From: Squalus acanthias
Lineage: Eukaryota
Reading direction: 5' to 3'
Length of the DNA stretch: 64,000 nucleotides
Assembly: GCA_030390025.1 (NCBI GenBank)
Contig: CM059432.1
Span: 55,616,001 to 55,680,000 of the forward strand
Shown: in pieces, positions 1 through 11,929 of the stretch
Numbering within the stretch: position 1 is the first letter of the stretch
Layout of the letters: each line of letters begins with the position of its first letter
Program-made: the position numbers and the translations under genes
Notes under the pieces: generated by a model
The model's input: the letters and a program-made list of their open reading frames with translations, nothing else
What the model was told of the DNA's origin: nothing
Database searches by the model: none

Positions 1-568
1 GGACACCTAATTAACATATTTTAATCGTGACAGCCAGGAAATCGGAGGGAAGTGGCTGCTCGGCTGTTAAAATCAGGCGGCTTGGACAGGTATGTGCGGG
101 GCGGGGGGTGGTTGGGGGTTCTGCGCAGTCAGTAGTTTGGGAAGGGGTAGGAATCCAGTACAGGGAAGGCCTGCACTTACCTCGTAGGGCCCAGAAGAGC
201 ACAGCGGTCCTATAAAGAAACAAAATAAACTCATCAGGAGAGGCCTCTTCTGCCGGTGACCAGCCTCCAGCCTAGTGGGAAAGCTGCAGGCCAATGTTAA
301 AATGACAGTCGAGTCCTGATGATGTCATCAGGCCCCGATCTGCATATTTAAAGAAGGACCCTGCCAGCTTCAGGTGAGTGTCCTTGCCACCTGCAATTTA
401 AAATTGCAGTTGACAGGATCGGGCCTGTAGTGGGAGCCTGGACTGACTTGAAAGTCAGAAAAGAAAATAGTGCCGGGTGGGAACCTTGGGCCAGTAAGTC
501 AACTTGCCCGATTTTAAGCCCTCCTATGGACCGTTCCTGCCCAAAGGATGGGGTTTAAAAAGTCTCTC
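1..568. mobile_element. Partial non-autonomous DNA transposon (Harbinger/MITE-like), truncated by the window start
   Basis: GC-rich block with the palindrome cctgatgatgtcatcagg (~315-332) and a ...ggggtttaaaaagtc end, resembling other MITEs in the window; left end not visible. Confidence 0.4.
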
Positions 569-759
569 TCCCCTCATCCCCTCCATATTCCTGTACTTCT
601 CACAGTAATGGCGGAACACGCAAGCTCTTTCTCTGTCATTTTGAACCACGTCCTAATGTTTATTGCAGCTACGGTGCAATATATATACGGTGCATGTATC
701 TACGGTGCCAGCAATACTGATTTCGGCACAGCATCATTAGCTATGTAAGACACGGCTGC

Positions 760-2051
760 CACAGCACTGAAACGGCCCTTATCAAAGTTACAAATGGCAT
801 CCTATGTGACTGTGACAATGGTAAACTATCCCTCCTCGTTCTTCTCGACCTGTCTGCAGCCTTTGACACGGTTGACCACACCATCCTCCTCCAACACCTG
901 TCTTCCGTCGTCCATCTGGGTGGGACTGCACTCGCCTGATTCCATTCTTATCTATCTAATCGTAGCCAGAGAATCACCTGCAACGGCTTCTCTTCCCGCT
1001 CCCGCATCGTTACCTCTGGAGACCCCCAAGGATCTTTCCTTGGCCCCCTCCTGTTTCTCATCTACATGCTGCCCCTCGGCGACATCATCAGAAAACACAG
1101 CATCAGTTTCCACATGTACACTGATGACACCTAGCTCTACCTCACCACGACCTGTCTCGACCCCTCCATCATCTCTAAATTGTCAGGCTGCTAGTCCAAC
1201 ATCCAGTACTTGATGAGGAGAAATTTTCTCCAAGTAAATATTGGAAAGACCAAAGCCATTTTCTTCGGTCCCTGCCACAAACTCCGTTCTCTAGCCACCG
1301 ACTCCATCCCTCTCCCTGGCAACTGTCTGAGGTTGAACCAGACCGTTCACAAGTTTGGTGTCATATTTGACCCTGAGATGAGCTTCTGCGTCATCACCAA
1401 GATCGCCTACTTCCACCTCCGTAACATCGCCGACTCTGCCCTACCTCAGCTCATCTGCTGCTGAAACCCTCATCCATGCCTTTGTTACCTCGAGACTTGA
1501 CTATTCCAACACTCTTCTGGCCGGCCTCCCATCTTCCACCACCTTAAACTTGAGCTCATCCAAAACTCTGCTGCCCGTTTCCTAATTCGCACCAAGTCCC
1601 GTTCACCCATCACCCCTGTGCTTGCTGACCTTCATTGGCTTCCGGTCCGGCAATGCCTCTATTTTAAAATTCTCATCTTTGTCTTCAAATCCCTCTGTGG
1701 CCTCACCCCTCCCTATCTCCGTAACCTCCTCCAGCCCTATAACCCTCCGATTTCACTGCACTCCTCCAATTCTGGCCTCTTGTATATTCACGATTTTAAT
1801 CGCTCCACCATTGGCGGCTGTGCTTTCAGCTGCACAGGCCCTAAAACTTGGAATTTCCTCCCTAAATCTCTCCACCTCTCCTCCTTTAAGATGGTCCTTA
1901 AAACTTACCTCTGTAACCAAGCTTTTGGTGATCTGTCCTAATATCTCCTTATGTGGCTTAGTATCAAATTTTGTTTGGTAACACTCCTGTGAAACACCTT
2001 GGGGCATTTAACTACATTAAAGACGCTATATATATGCAAGTTGTTGTTGTT
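760..2051 (+). mobile_element. L2 LINE, 5'-truncated and decayed (RT C-terminal half plus 3' tail)
   Basis: Broken frames give L2 RT peptides (NFLQVNIGKTKAIFFG, LADLHWLPV, KTWNFLP); 3' end ...tatatgcaag(ttg)n; similar to 18925-21355. Confidence 0.9.
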
Positions 2052-2755
2052 CCTACCTCCAGAGGTGCCACTTGTTCAAATATGTGGTTTGCCTTTGTGT
2101 CTCCAGAGGCAGCAGGACTGGCATTGTAGATACTTGCCTCCAGCAGTGCTTCTTGAAGTAGTTCTATTATGTAATTCATTGCTATCCATTGTCAGAGCTT
2201 CCTTATTCCTACAATCCACCAACCCTCAAAAAGCAGCCAGTTTGCATGAATGGAAGTAAAATAATTTGTTGGCATTACATAAAACAATTAACGCATTTAG
2301 GAGTGAACTACAGAAGGATATGCAGTATCCCACCCCCAATGGCTTTGGGCTCACATATGGACAGTTTCACAGCCATTTACGGATGCATTGGCCTAAAAGG
2401 AACTAAACAATATATACATTTGTAATTCATCCTTCACCAATTATTCTGTATACAACTTTCTCAGACATATGGGTCGGAATCTTTACCTTGGAGTCGGGTC
2501 GGGTGCATGCAGGCCGAAGATTTCAACAGCACGTTCTGCACTGCGCGTTTAACTCAATGGCACCAATTGAAAGAGTCATGCGCGTTTCCCAGCCCAATTA
2601 AATGGAGCGGGTCTGATGATGTCACCGATGACTCGTTTTCAGTGCGGATATTTAAAGCAGCCTTGCACACATCTCATTTGAAGGATGCTGTAGGAGTGTT
2701 CAAGGTGATTTCAAGAGCTCAAAATTGCTGAATAACATTAACAATTCTGTGGGTC

Positions 2756-4611
2756 ATGGAGACACAAAGACAGAGGGCAGCGCCAAGATTCCCAGATGCC
2801 TCCCTGGAAGTGCTGGTCCAGGGAGTAAGAGCACGCAGGGAAATCCTCTTCCCTGCAGATGGCAGAAAAAGACCAGCCAAAGACACTAAGAAGGCATGGC
2901 TAGAGATCACAGAGGAGGTCAGCAGCAGGGATGTGGTGAGGAGGACGTGGATCCAGTGCCGCAAAAGATTCAATGATCTCATGAGGTCAGGAAAGGTGAG
3001 TGCAATGCCACACTCACCTACATCCTGATGTGCCTGTCACCCCAACCCCATCACTCTGCCTTCCCAAGCCTACTCCTGCACATCATTCCTCACACCAACC
3101 TACCTTGCAGGTCCACCCGTCCCTCTCTGTTTATGCATCTACTCATATCCCCATCTGACTACCACTGACACTCACCCTCATCCTAATGCAATCATAGCAA
3201 GTAACACCACAGAAGGAGGCCATTCGTAATGTCTCGCCAATCCCTCATAGACACCCTCTACAGAGTAGCAAATCCATTCCTTACACTCATTTCATCACTC
3301 TCACTCAAACTTCTCTTTTTTCCCTCCTTGAAAGAGAAGAGAACCCACAACAACAGGGAGAGGCAGAGAACCGGAGGTGGCCGTCCAGTTGTCACAAATT
3401 TGATTCCAGCAGAGGAGGAGGCCCTAGAAATGTCTAGAGTTGCAGAGCTGCTGGTGGTCGGAGATGGAGAGAGGGGGACCTCCTAGCAACCTGGTGATAG
3501 AATTAAATCTCATACAGCCACATGGCATACAACAGTCACTCAGCAGCCAGGGAAATGTCATCATGTGCTTACTGGTAACGTTAGCCATTCTTATCATAAC
3601 ACTTCTAATTCATCTCATTACTCTCCCACAGGTCCATCAAGTGCCTCCCCACCCCACTCCCCCACTGTCCAGCCGGAGGAGGAAGACAACTCCTCAGAGG
3701 AAGCTCCACTCTCTGAGAGTGCACCATCAGCAGATCCATGCACACCCAGCACCAGCGCAGATTCGCACACCTCAGTGGGTCCTGCGAGAGATATAGTGTT
3801 GTCGCCTGGTGTCTCACACATCACAAGTGAGCAAGAGCAGATGGTGGAGACAGGGACAGCAGTGGAGACTCCTCGCCGGAGGGTGTAGGATGCTCCAAGC
3901 TCTGCTGAGCTGCATGCAAACGCCGAACCTTGGGGGCCATTGAGAAAGAGGGTGATCTTGGAGGGGCAGCAACAATTGCATGAGGCTCTGGCAGCTTTTG
4001 CAGCTGCGATGTGTGCAAATGTGCAGAGAATGGAGGAGTCCATCTCCAACATGAGCACCACCATCTTGCAGGTGATGGCGACGATGTGCTGTTCCATGGA
4101 AAGGATGGCCACCTGCATGGAGCAGCAAATGCACCAGTCCAACGAGAACATGCTTGCTGTGAACAACAGATTGCAGACGCTCATTGACCTCATCTTGAGG
4201 AGGGATATTAACGTGGACTTGGGCCTTCATCGCCCCACTGATGCACAGCAAGGTGCTCTCCAGCTCCTTGCTAGCAGGGAAGTGCGGGTGGCCCATGTGA
4301 GGGATGATGGTGACAGGGGACATGGAAGTGGAGGCTATTCTCAAAGTGCTCACACTTCTCCCCCATTGCCTCCCCCTCAGTCAGAGCCCCACATGCTGCC
4401 TCGGATCCCAATGGCCGAGTCTGCCCCTGCACAGTCACAGGAGGAGCAGTCTTTGGCGGGGCCTTCACAGGCTCCAAAACCCAGAGGACATCCGCCAAAA
4501 GTGTCTAAGCAGTCGCAGCAGGGAAGTGAACAGCCTGCCTCTACCTCTGCTGAAGCCAGAGGGGTTGCACCTCGTAGAAGCACATGTAAACGAAAAAAGA
4601 CACAATCCTAG
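2756..4611 (+). pseudogene. Harbinger Myb/SANT-like DNA-binding protein; 3 exons (~2756-2995, ~3334-3493, 3632-4611), disrupted
   Basis: Exon 1 METQRQRAAPRFPDASLEVLV...KAWLEITEEV...RRTWIQCRKRFNDL is a Myb/SANT-like (trihelix) domain; donor AAG|GTGAGT at 2995; exon 2 EKRTHNNRERQRTGGG with apparently mutated acceptor; acceptor cccacag|G at 3631; in-frame TAG at 3484 and 3886. Confidence 0.82.
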
Positions 4612-4994
4612 ATGCACAGGGTGTGCACATGGTGTATGAGAAAATGTTAAGGTTAAGTTTCTGTTATAGTTATGACGCACATAAATTTATTTCTTTGCAC
4701 AACTTTTCTGCCTTGTCCATTTTTGCATGCTACCTGGGAAATGGCTTTGTCACTTGGAGTGAATGGTGAGACATTACTTATCCTCGAGAAATGGGGGTTT
4801 GGGTGACAGGATAGGCTTGGTCATTGTAGGACTGCTTTGTGATATTGTTGGGGGGGGAGGGGAGAGGAAGTTAGTACAGCTTCTGGTAGCCATATGGGTG
4901 CACTGGTGCAAGTTAAGTAAATCTGCCCATTATGAGGCCATCCTGGGCCTCCCGGGCAGCAATGTCCGCTGCTGCTGGTGCCATCCCCACTTCA

Positions 4995-5531
4995 TGTTCC
5001 TCCTCCTTCTGCTCCTGTTCCACCTGTTCCTCCTCTTCCTCGTGTTCCTCCTCCTCCTCGTGTTCCACCTATTCCTCCTCCTCCTCGTGTTCCACCTATT
5101 CCTCCTCCTCCTCGTGTTCCACCTATTCCTCCTCCTCCTCGTGTTCCACCTATTCCTCCTCCTCCTCGTGTTCCACCTATTCCTCCTCCTCCTCGTGTTC
5201 CACCTATTCCTCCTCCTCCTCGTGTTCCACCTATTCCTCCTCCTCCTCGTGTTCCACCTATTCCTCCTCCTCCTCGTGTTCCACCTATTCCTCCTCCTCC
5301 TCGTGTTTCATCTATTCCTCCTCCTCGTGTTCCACCTATTCCTCCTCATGTTCCACCTATTCCTCCTCCTCCTCGTGTTCCACCTATTCCTCCTCCTCCT
5401 CGTGTTCCATCTATTCCTCCTCCTCGTGTTCCACCTATTCCTCCTCCTCGTGTTCCACCTATTCCTCCTCCTCCTCGTGTTCCACCTATTCCTCCTCCTC
5501 CTCGTGTTCCACCTGTTCCTCCTCCTCCTCT
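4995..5531. repeat. 27-bp minisatellite (cctcctcctcctcgtgttccacctatt), ~19-20 copies, in the transposase acidic tail
   Basis: Directly visible; period of 9 codons in the ORF track (PPPPRVPPI); some units lack one cct. Confidence 0.95.
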
Positions 5532-5803
5532 GAAGAGGCTGTGTGTTCTGTGCCTTGCTCCTCCTGCAGCTCCAATCCTCGCTGCTGTACTATGTTGTGC
5601 AGCGTGCAGCATACGACAATGATTCTGGAGACCCTGGCTGGTGCGTACTAAAGGGCTCCTCCAGATCTGTCAAGGCATATGAAGCACATTTCCAGCATGG
5701 TTATTGCTTGCTCTAGGACACATCTGGTGGACATGTGGCTCTCATTGTAATGCTCCTCGGCCTCAGTACTTGGCCTCCTCAAGGGTACATGAGCTACGCC
5801 TTT

Positions 5804-6160
5804 CTATCTCTGTAATCTCCTTCAGCCCTACAACCCCCTAAGATATCTGCGCTCCTCTAATTCTGCCCTCTTGAGGATCCCTGATTATAATCGCTCAACT
5901 TTTGGTGGCCGTGCCTTCTGTTGCCTAGGCCCTAAGCTCTGGAATTCCCTGCCTAAATCTGCCCGTCTCGCTACCTCTCTTTCCTCCTTTAAGATGCTCC
6001 TTAAAACCTTCCTCTTTGACCAAGCTTTTGGTCACCTGCCCTAATTTATCCTAATGTGGATCCGTGTCAAATTTTTTGTCTTAAAATACTCCTGTGCAGC
6101 GCCTTGGGACGTTTTACTACGTTAAAGGCGCTATATAAATTCAAGTTGTCGTTGTTGTTG
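5804..6160 (+). mobile_element. L2 3'-end fragment inserted into the Harbinger transposase
   Basis: Matches 20605-20935 and ends in (ttg)n; splits the transposase between GDKGYTL and KA*LM. Confidence 0.9.
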
Positions 6161-8479
6161 TAGTGTATAGCCCTTGTCTCCAAGCAGCGAGCCGGTAAGT
6201 CAGTTTGGAGTTGCGACGAGCTGAGGGAGAGTGGACTGGCGCAGCACGAAAGAGTCATGACAGCTGCCAGGGAATCTGGCGCACACATGCATGATGATCT
6301 TTTTATGGTTGCAGACGAGCTGCATATTGAGGGAGTGGAAGCCCTTGCGATTCACAAACACTCCTGGGTGATGTGGGGGTGCCTTGATGACCACATGTCT
6401 GCAGTCGATGATGCCCTGCACCTGTGGAAGCCAGCCAGAGCTGGAAAGCCGAGCCCCCGCTCATTAACACTGGCTTCATCAGTGGCAACGTTTACATAAG
6501 TGGCTGACTTGTTAAACATGGCATCAGTCACCTGTGTGATGCATCTGTGGGCGGCCGACTGCGAGATCCTGCAAATGTCTGCTGCAGATCCCTGGAAGGA
6601 GCCTGAGGTGAAGAAGTTGAGGGCAGTGGTGACTTTAAGGCATGTCCATTTGGTACTCTAGGTAGCAGGTCTTGTTCCAGCAAGCTACAAATGTCTGCGA
6701 CGACCTGGCGCGATAGCCTGAGCCTCCTGAAGCACTGTTGTTCAGTCATGTCCAGGAAGCTCATCCTCTGCCTGTATACCGTGTGTTGGGGGTATCGCCT
6801 CCAGCGCGGAGCAGCCCTGTGCTGACCCCCTCTCTCCTGTGGAGCATCAGGTCGTTGAGGAGAAGGCTGCCATTGTGGTTGCGGCTGCTGCTGCTGGTGT
6901 GGCTGGTGTTGTTGGTGCTGGGGCTCATCGTGGTCCAATTCTGAGGTCCAAGGTGAGACAGCATAAGCGGCACCCATGCTGATCTAATAGATGGCAGGTA
7001 AAGTGGAGATCAGAGGCCCAATCCTTCAATGTTCTGATAGTGACTTGCAATGTGGTGAGTGTCACTTCCGAGGTTGAACAAATCAGCTGCAAACTGCTGA
7101 CGGCTAAATCTCTGCACAAAATGGTGTCAGCAAGAGCCTTTCCCTTAGGCAAGGAAGCAGGTGTAATGTGGGAGTATTTATGTGTTTTTTCCAACTGTCA
7201 CTTAATGGCCACTGAGCTTCCGCCTCCCCTTCAGAGGCGAGGTTCCCGAGGTGCGTGAATCCCGTGTGCAACAAGTTAAAGCCAAAACCTGACGTTAAAA
7301 AGGCAGTTAAGTGTCTCTCAACAAGCAGTTAAGTACTTCAATGAGGTCGCCCGCCTCTCCCGAGCGGGTCCATGACGCACTGGGAATCGCGCTCGAGTTA
7401 AATGCGGAAGTCTGCGGGATGACGGCAGGTTCCCGACGCGCTGTCAATTTCCCCAATTTTAACTGCCGACCCGCCCCTAAACCCGCACGCTCGGCACTGA
7501 GAAAATTCTGGCCATGATCACTCTCTTGCAATTTGCAATAGATTTGGTAACATACTTCACAAGCCTGCAAACGTTACAATATACCACAGTAAGGATCATG
7601 TAACTGAGCACTTGACTCCACAGGTCAAGTCACACTAATACACATCAGTCACTCAAACAGCCCTGCTTTAAATTAAGCGATTCGCTTAACAGACATACGT
7701 AAGCAAGATACTCCATAGGATAGTTAAGAAAAAAACAAATTGGAGGGTGAATTAGCAATCCATCTCTCTCACACTTCCTGGAACCTGTCTCATAGTGTCA
7801 CTGGCAGATGCCTGGGAACAGACCACCAGCCTACATTCCATGGGAATGATAATCAACACTGGCAAGAGATACTGTAGTTGAAGAGGAATGAAATTAATGA
7901 CCATTTGTACCGTCCCTTATAAACCCAAGCAGTTTTTCCACTTATAACTCCTGTTTATAACTGACACCATCAAACAGCAGACCTCCCCAAATTCTCCTAT
8001 ATCCAGGACAAAATCAGAAACATCCCAATCCATCCAGTTTAAAATATAAACAGACTGTAAGATAGAAAAAACTAAGTTAAGTACACTACCAGGGGGTGGG
8101 GCGGTTTTGCATTCAGCATATTTTTCCTTCTAAAATGTGAATGCAAATCAAATGTTTTTTGCGGTTCCCATTCGGGAGAGAAATAAATTACATACAAATA
8201 TATTTTAAACTCTCACTTTCTTATAGTGCACTGAGAGGGACTAAAAACCGATCTGAGCAGCAGCATTCACCTTGTATCATATTTATCGCTCCCACAAGTC
8301 TCTGAAACAGGGGCACTGCCCCATTTGTGAGAATCAAATTTAACGGTAAACCAGCTAGCAAAACTTTGACATGGATTCCTGCTGCATAGTCAAATCTCCA
8401 GTTCACAGCAAAGTGTCACCAGCCAGGGTCACAATCAGTTGTGAAACTCCATCTTGTTCACTTTTGTTTTTTCTTTTTG

Positions 8480-8905
8480 GCAATTTTCCCCCTCCTCTCC
8501 TCGCCTGTGTTGACTCCTCTCTGGGGAAAGGTGACACAGGCATGGAGCACCATCCAATACCTCACCCAAGTGTTTAGTTGTGAGCTTTGATGGTGAATGT
8601 GGGCAAGCTGTTCGACTCTGGAGGGCTGGGACAGCAGTCATTGCAGCCAACCCAACCTTGTCCACATGCGCTATCCATACCCATGCATTTCTAGCAGGGG
8701 CGACTGAGTAACGATCAGGAGCAGGAACCATGGTCGAATTTCCCCTCCTTCACCCAGAGGCAAAGAGGCCAGTCATACCTCCCCTACCGCTGCCCTGGCT
8801 GAGATCAGCTAACTCAGTACAGACTGGTGTTTGAACCCAGGCCTTCCTTGCTCTGTATGGCACAACTACTCAGTAGATGAATTCACTGAGCCATCAGGGC
8901 AGCCC
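8480..8905 (-). mobile_element. tRNA-headed SINE (old family)
   Basis: Minus strand begins ggctgccctgatggctcagtg (A-box-like) with gggttcaaacacc (B-box-like); related degenerate copy at ~41780-42150 (+). Confidence 0.6.
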
Positions 8906-10834
8906 TATTCACTCTTGCTTTCATTCTAAAAATTCAGAAATAAAACTCGCCATTGGTAGTTCCACTAACTATAAAATAATTTTCACCCAGCATTATGTTA
9001 GGGGAGCAAATATGTTAACTAACAGCATTTAATATGGTTCTGGTGCTTTTTGTTTTGTTTTTAAAAACCCTGAAACGATTTCACAAGCCATAACATAATA
9101 CCTTGTTCCTTGCTCCCAAGATAGCCAACAATCTGTCCGCGGAGAATAATTCAAGATGAATAAAACCTTATCTCAGCAGAAACATTTTAAATTAAAAACA
9201 TATAATTGGAATCTGCAAATATCTCAATGTGTGTTTCCAAGACTGGATGTGGTTTAAATTCTACTTGTTTACTGTTTTGGAAATTCTTTTGTCATCATTA
9301 AAAGGAATGTTTTAGTCAATTGCCAGAGTACTAGATCTAAGCACCCCCTGTTCCCTGACATACCACAGATTCTTTGGTAAAGTAAACACTTCTAGTTCTC
9401 TGAGGAATCTCAAACATTACTAGGGGTGGATTCACAGCCTAGGTCCCAAGCAGTGTAAACAGACCCACCACTTTACAAGAACACATTTCATAAACATCTT
9501 CCTACCTTTCTATCATCTGCTTTAAGGTTATTTTTCCTGCTGTATTTGAAGCTTCATTGATGTTTCAATCGCTCTCTAAAATGCTCCGGTTTGTAGTGTG
9601 TGGGACACTGACTGGAACTAAAGACTGTGCTGTGAAGCAGAAAGCTTTCTTCTGGCACGTGCCAGATCCCAAGAGGACGACCCTTGTGGCATTTCATTCT
9701 TCTTCATACACAAAGGCCTGCTCCTGACTCTAAACGAACCAATTTTATGAATTATATTATGTGAAAATATTGCAGCCTTTTTAAAAATAATTAGCACCTC
9801 TGCATCGCACTAATTTTTTGAAAGAAATATTTAATTCTAGGATATGGTTGAGTAACATGAAGATGTTTTGAGAAAGACGCACTCATTTTCAAAATTCTGT
9901 TAAGTTTTTGTAAGGCATAAAATCCTGAAACCACAGTTTCTGAAATTCTGAGAGGATGGTACTTTTTTTTAATTGGAGACTCTAATTTATGTTATTTTAT
10001 CTCTCCAAAAACAACTTTTAATAGCACAACTGTCTTTCCATGTTGTAAAAAGATTAAATGCGGTACATGTACCACAAAAAAGACTGAAATTCATAAAATC
10101 AACATAATTCTTCAAGGCATCCTTAGATAAAAACATACTTTCCCTTTTCATGAAGAAAATATTCACAAATCACGGTTTATTCTAAAGGTTTTGAAAGCAC
10201 GCTTGCTTTACAAAGTAACAAAATACACTGCCCCCCCAGAGTGCCTCAGTGACCCTCATTCATCCACCCTATGACCTCTGCGTTTGTTTCAGCATCACTT
10301 CAGGCCTCCTGCATTCATCCCATGTCAAGCCAGTTGATACTGCTTCCTCCTAGCACCTGGCCACGAATTTGAATACAAAGTGTCATACAGTCACCCTTCC
10401 CTACTTGCTCCACGGCTCGCAAGTTTTCCACAAAAGCTTTACTGATAAGAGGTTTGGGTCCCATTGCTGCAATATAAAAAGCAGTAAATTTAACCTGGTT
10501 TGTGGCAATGACCCTGCAATTCTGGTGGGTTTCACTTCTGCTCCAAGGGCACAATGAGCAATAAATTTCAAATCTGTTCACTATTGAAAACTCAGTCTGA
10601 TTCCATTACCACATTAAACAATAGGAGTGAGCACAAAGTCAGCTTCAAACCCTTAACCCTTTCAGCACCGAGTTCCCTGCTTTGTAGTTAAAAAAGACTT
10701 GTAAATTTATTTTTGCTGAAAAGCCTAGGTGAAGGCCCAAGGCCTGTAGTGTAGGGCACCATCAAGGTTGAAAATCAAAGCGATGAAGTAGCACTTAGGT
10801 AATACCAAGCTCAGGTTTTAAAAGCTTAAAAGAC

Positions 10835-10935
10835 AGACTTGCATTTATATAGCGCCTTTCACGACTTCAGAGTGTCCCAAAGCATTTACAGCCAATGAAG
10901 TACTTTTGAAGTATAGTCACTGTAGTAATGTATGT
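10835..10935 (-). mobile_element. 3' tail fragment of Deu-domain SINE
   Basis: Matches 55890-55985 and, as reverse complement, 60790-60875. Confidence 0.75.
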
Positions 10936-11078
10936 TGTAATGTAAACATTATATAAATATTAAATACATCCAAAAAGTTTCAATGCATGTTAAAAAAAAC
11001 TATTTAAAGATTCTTCACCAACAATTCTTATATATTTTAGTGAGTGTTGCCGCTCATTAAGATGAGGGTTCTCAGTTT

Positions 11079-11545
11079 TGGGGGAATGGCATTTTAACTC
11101 GGGGCAGGAGTCAGATGGGTGGGACTGAAGCGGGCGATAAACCATCCCGACCTCGGCAGCATGACGCCAGGGAGATTTTAACTCCTGGGCCTGATCTACG
11201 TAGCCTCAGTCAGTCTTCCGCCCGAAAGCGGCAGCTGGTCAGTGAGTGGAGAGCAATGTCGGGTGGCAGGAGGCCGCCACCAGGGACTGATTGAACTGAC
11301 CTCAGCACTCAGGTAAGTCGTGGGGAAGGGGTTTGGGAGAGCCTCATGATAGCGGGGGAGGGGACCCCAGTGCAGGGGAGGCCTAAACTTTCCTTGTGTA
11401 ACATGGAGGAGCACTTCAGCTCCTCCTGGCCCCACAAGGAAAGTAAAAGAAAGGATTTAAAAAATTACCTTTTCTGGCCCCAACTTCTCTTGCCACTAGG
11501 TCGGCCTGGCAGAAAAGCCACAATAGCTTTAGATTGTAGTTTTCA
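11079..11545. mobile_element. Degenerate MITE-like DNA element fragment
   Basis: Starts ggggg...attttaactc; internal gagcacttcagctcctcctggccccaca...ttacctttt motif shared with 49070-49110 and 57318-57380. Confidence 0.5.
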
Positions 11546-11929
11546 AATATTCAATCACATTCTGCAGTGTGTGAGGGCCACCATTCTTACAGCCCCCATT
11601 GAGTGTTTAAAAAACACCCTTATGACATTTATATAAACAGTATTATATGATTTGCTGAACTTCAATGGGTTAAATTCCAAGGCTATTTACTGCACAAAGC
11701 ATACAATTTAAATTATCACCTCACATGACATTAATACAAGGCAAGCAATACAAAAGCAAGATAATCGTACTAAAAAACAACTAAACATAAACAGGACAGG
11801 AGACTGTTGAATGTTTATAAACATTGTTCTAACCCAGAATGTTGGAGCCATTATGGGTTTTCATTTTAATTCCTTGGATTTTGGCTTTTCATTGTGTATG
11901 AAGCGTTTTGAGTGATAAGCTCTGCTGTC

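Larger units (their letters stand above)
4913..6977 (-). pseudogene. Harbinger (HARBI1-type, DDE_Tnp_4) transposase, frameshifted and interrupted by an L2 insertion
   Basis: Motifs [85 protein letters not shown]; acidic tail; stop at 4913-4915. Confidence 0.9.
2471..7514. mobile_element. PIF/Harbinger DNA transposon, formerly autonomous two-gene type, decayed
   Basis: Degenerate TIRs gggtcggaatcttt (2471) and gaaaattctggcc (7501-7513); convergent Myb/SANT gene (+) and DDE transposase (-). Confidence 0.88.

Noticed and set aside
4995..5531. CRISPR-like periodicity (also 21903-22126)
   Set aside because: Head-to-tail repeats with no unique spacers, no cas genes, eukaryotic context
4763..5651. 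Long plus-strand ORFs (Leu/Phe-, Ser- and Pro-rich, 214-256 aa)
   Set aside because: Antisense readings of the 27-bp minisatellite in the transposase tail
4913..6977. Domesticated host gene HARBI1 (or NAIF1/MSANTD for the Myb gene)
   Set aside because: Stops, frameshifts, an L2 insertion and flanking TIRs mark it as a transposon copy
8820..8905. tRNA gene (also 20934-20960)
   Set aside because: Only A/B-box-like SINE heads; no cloverleaf
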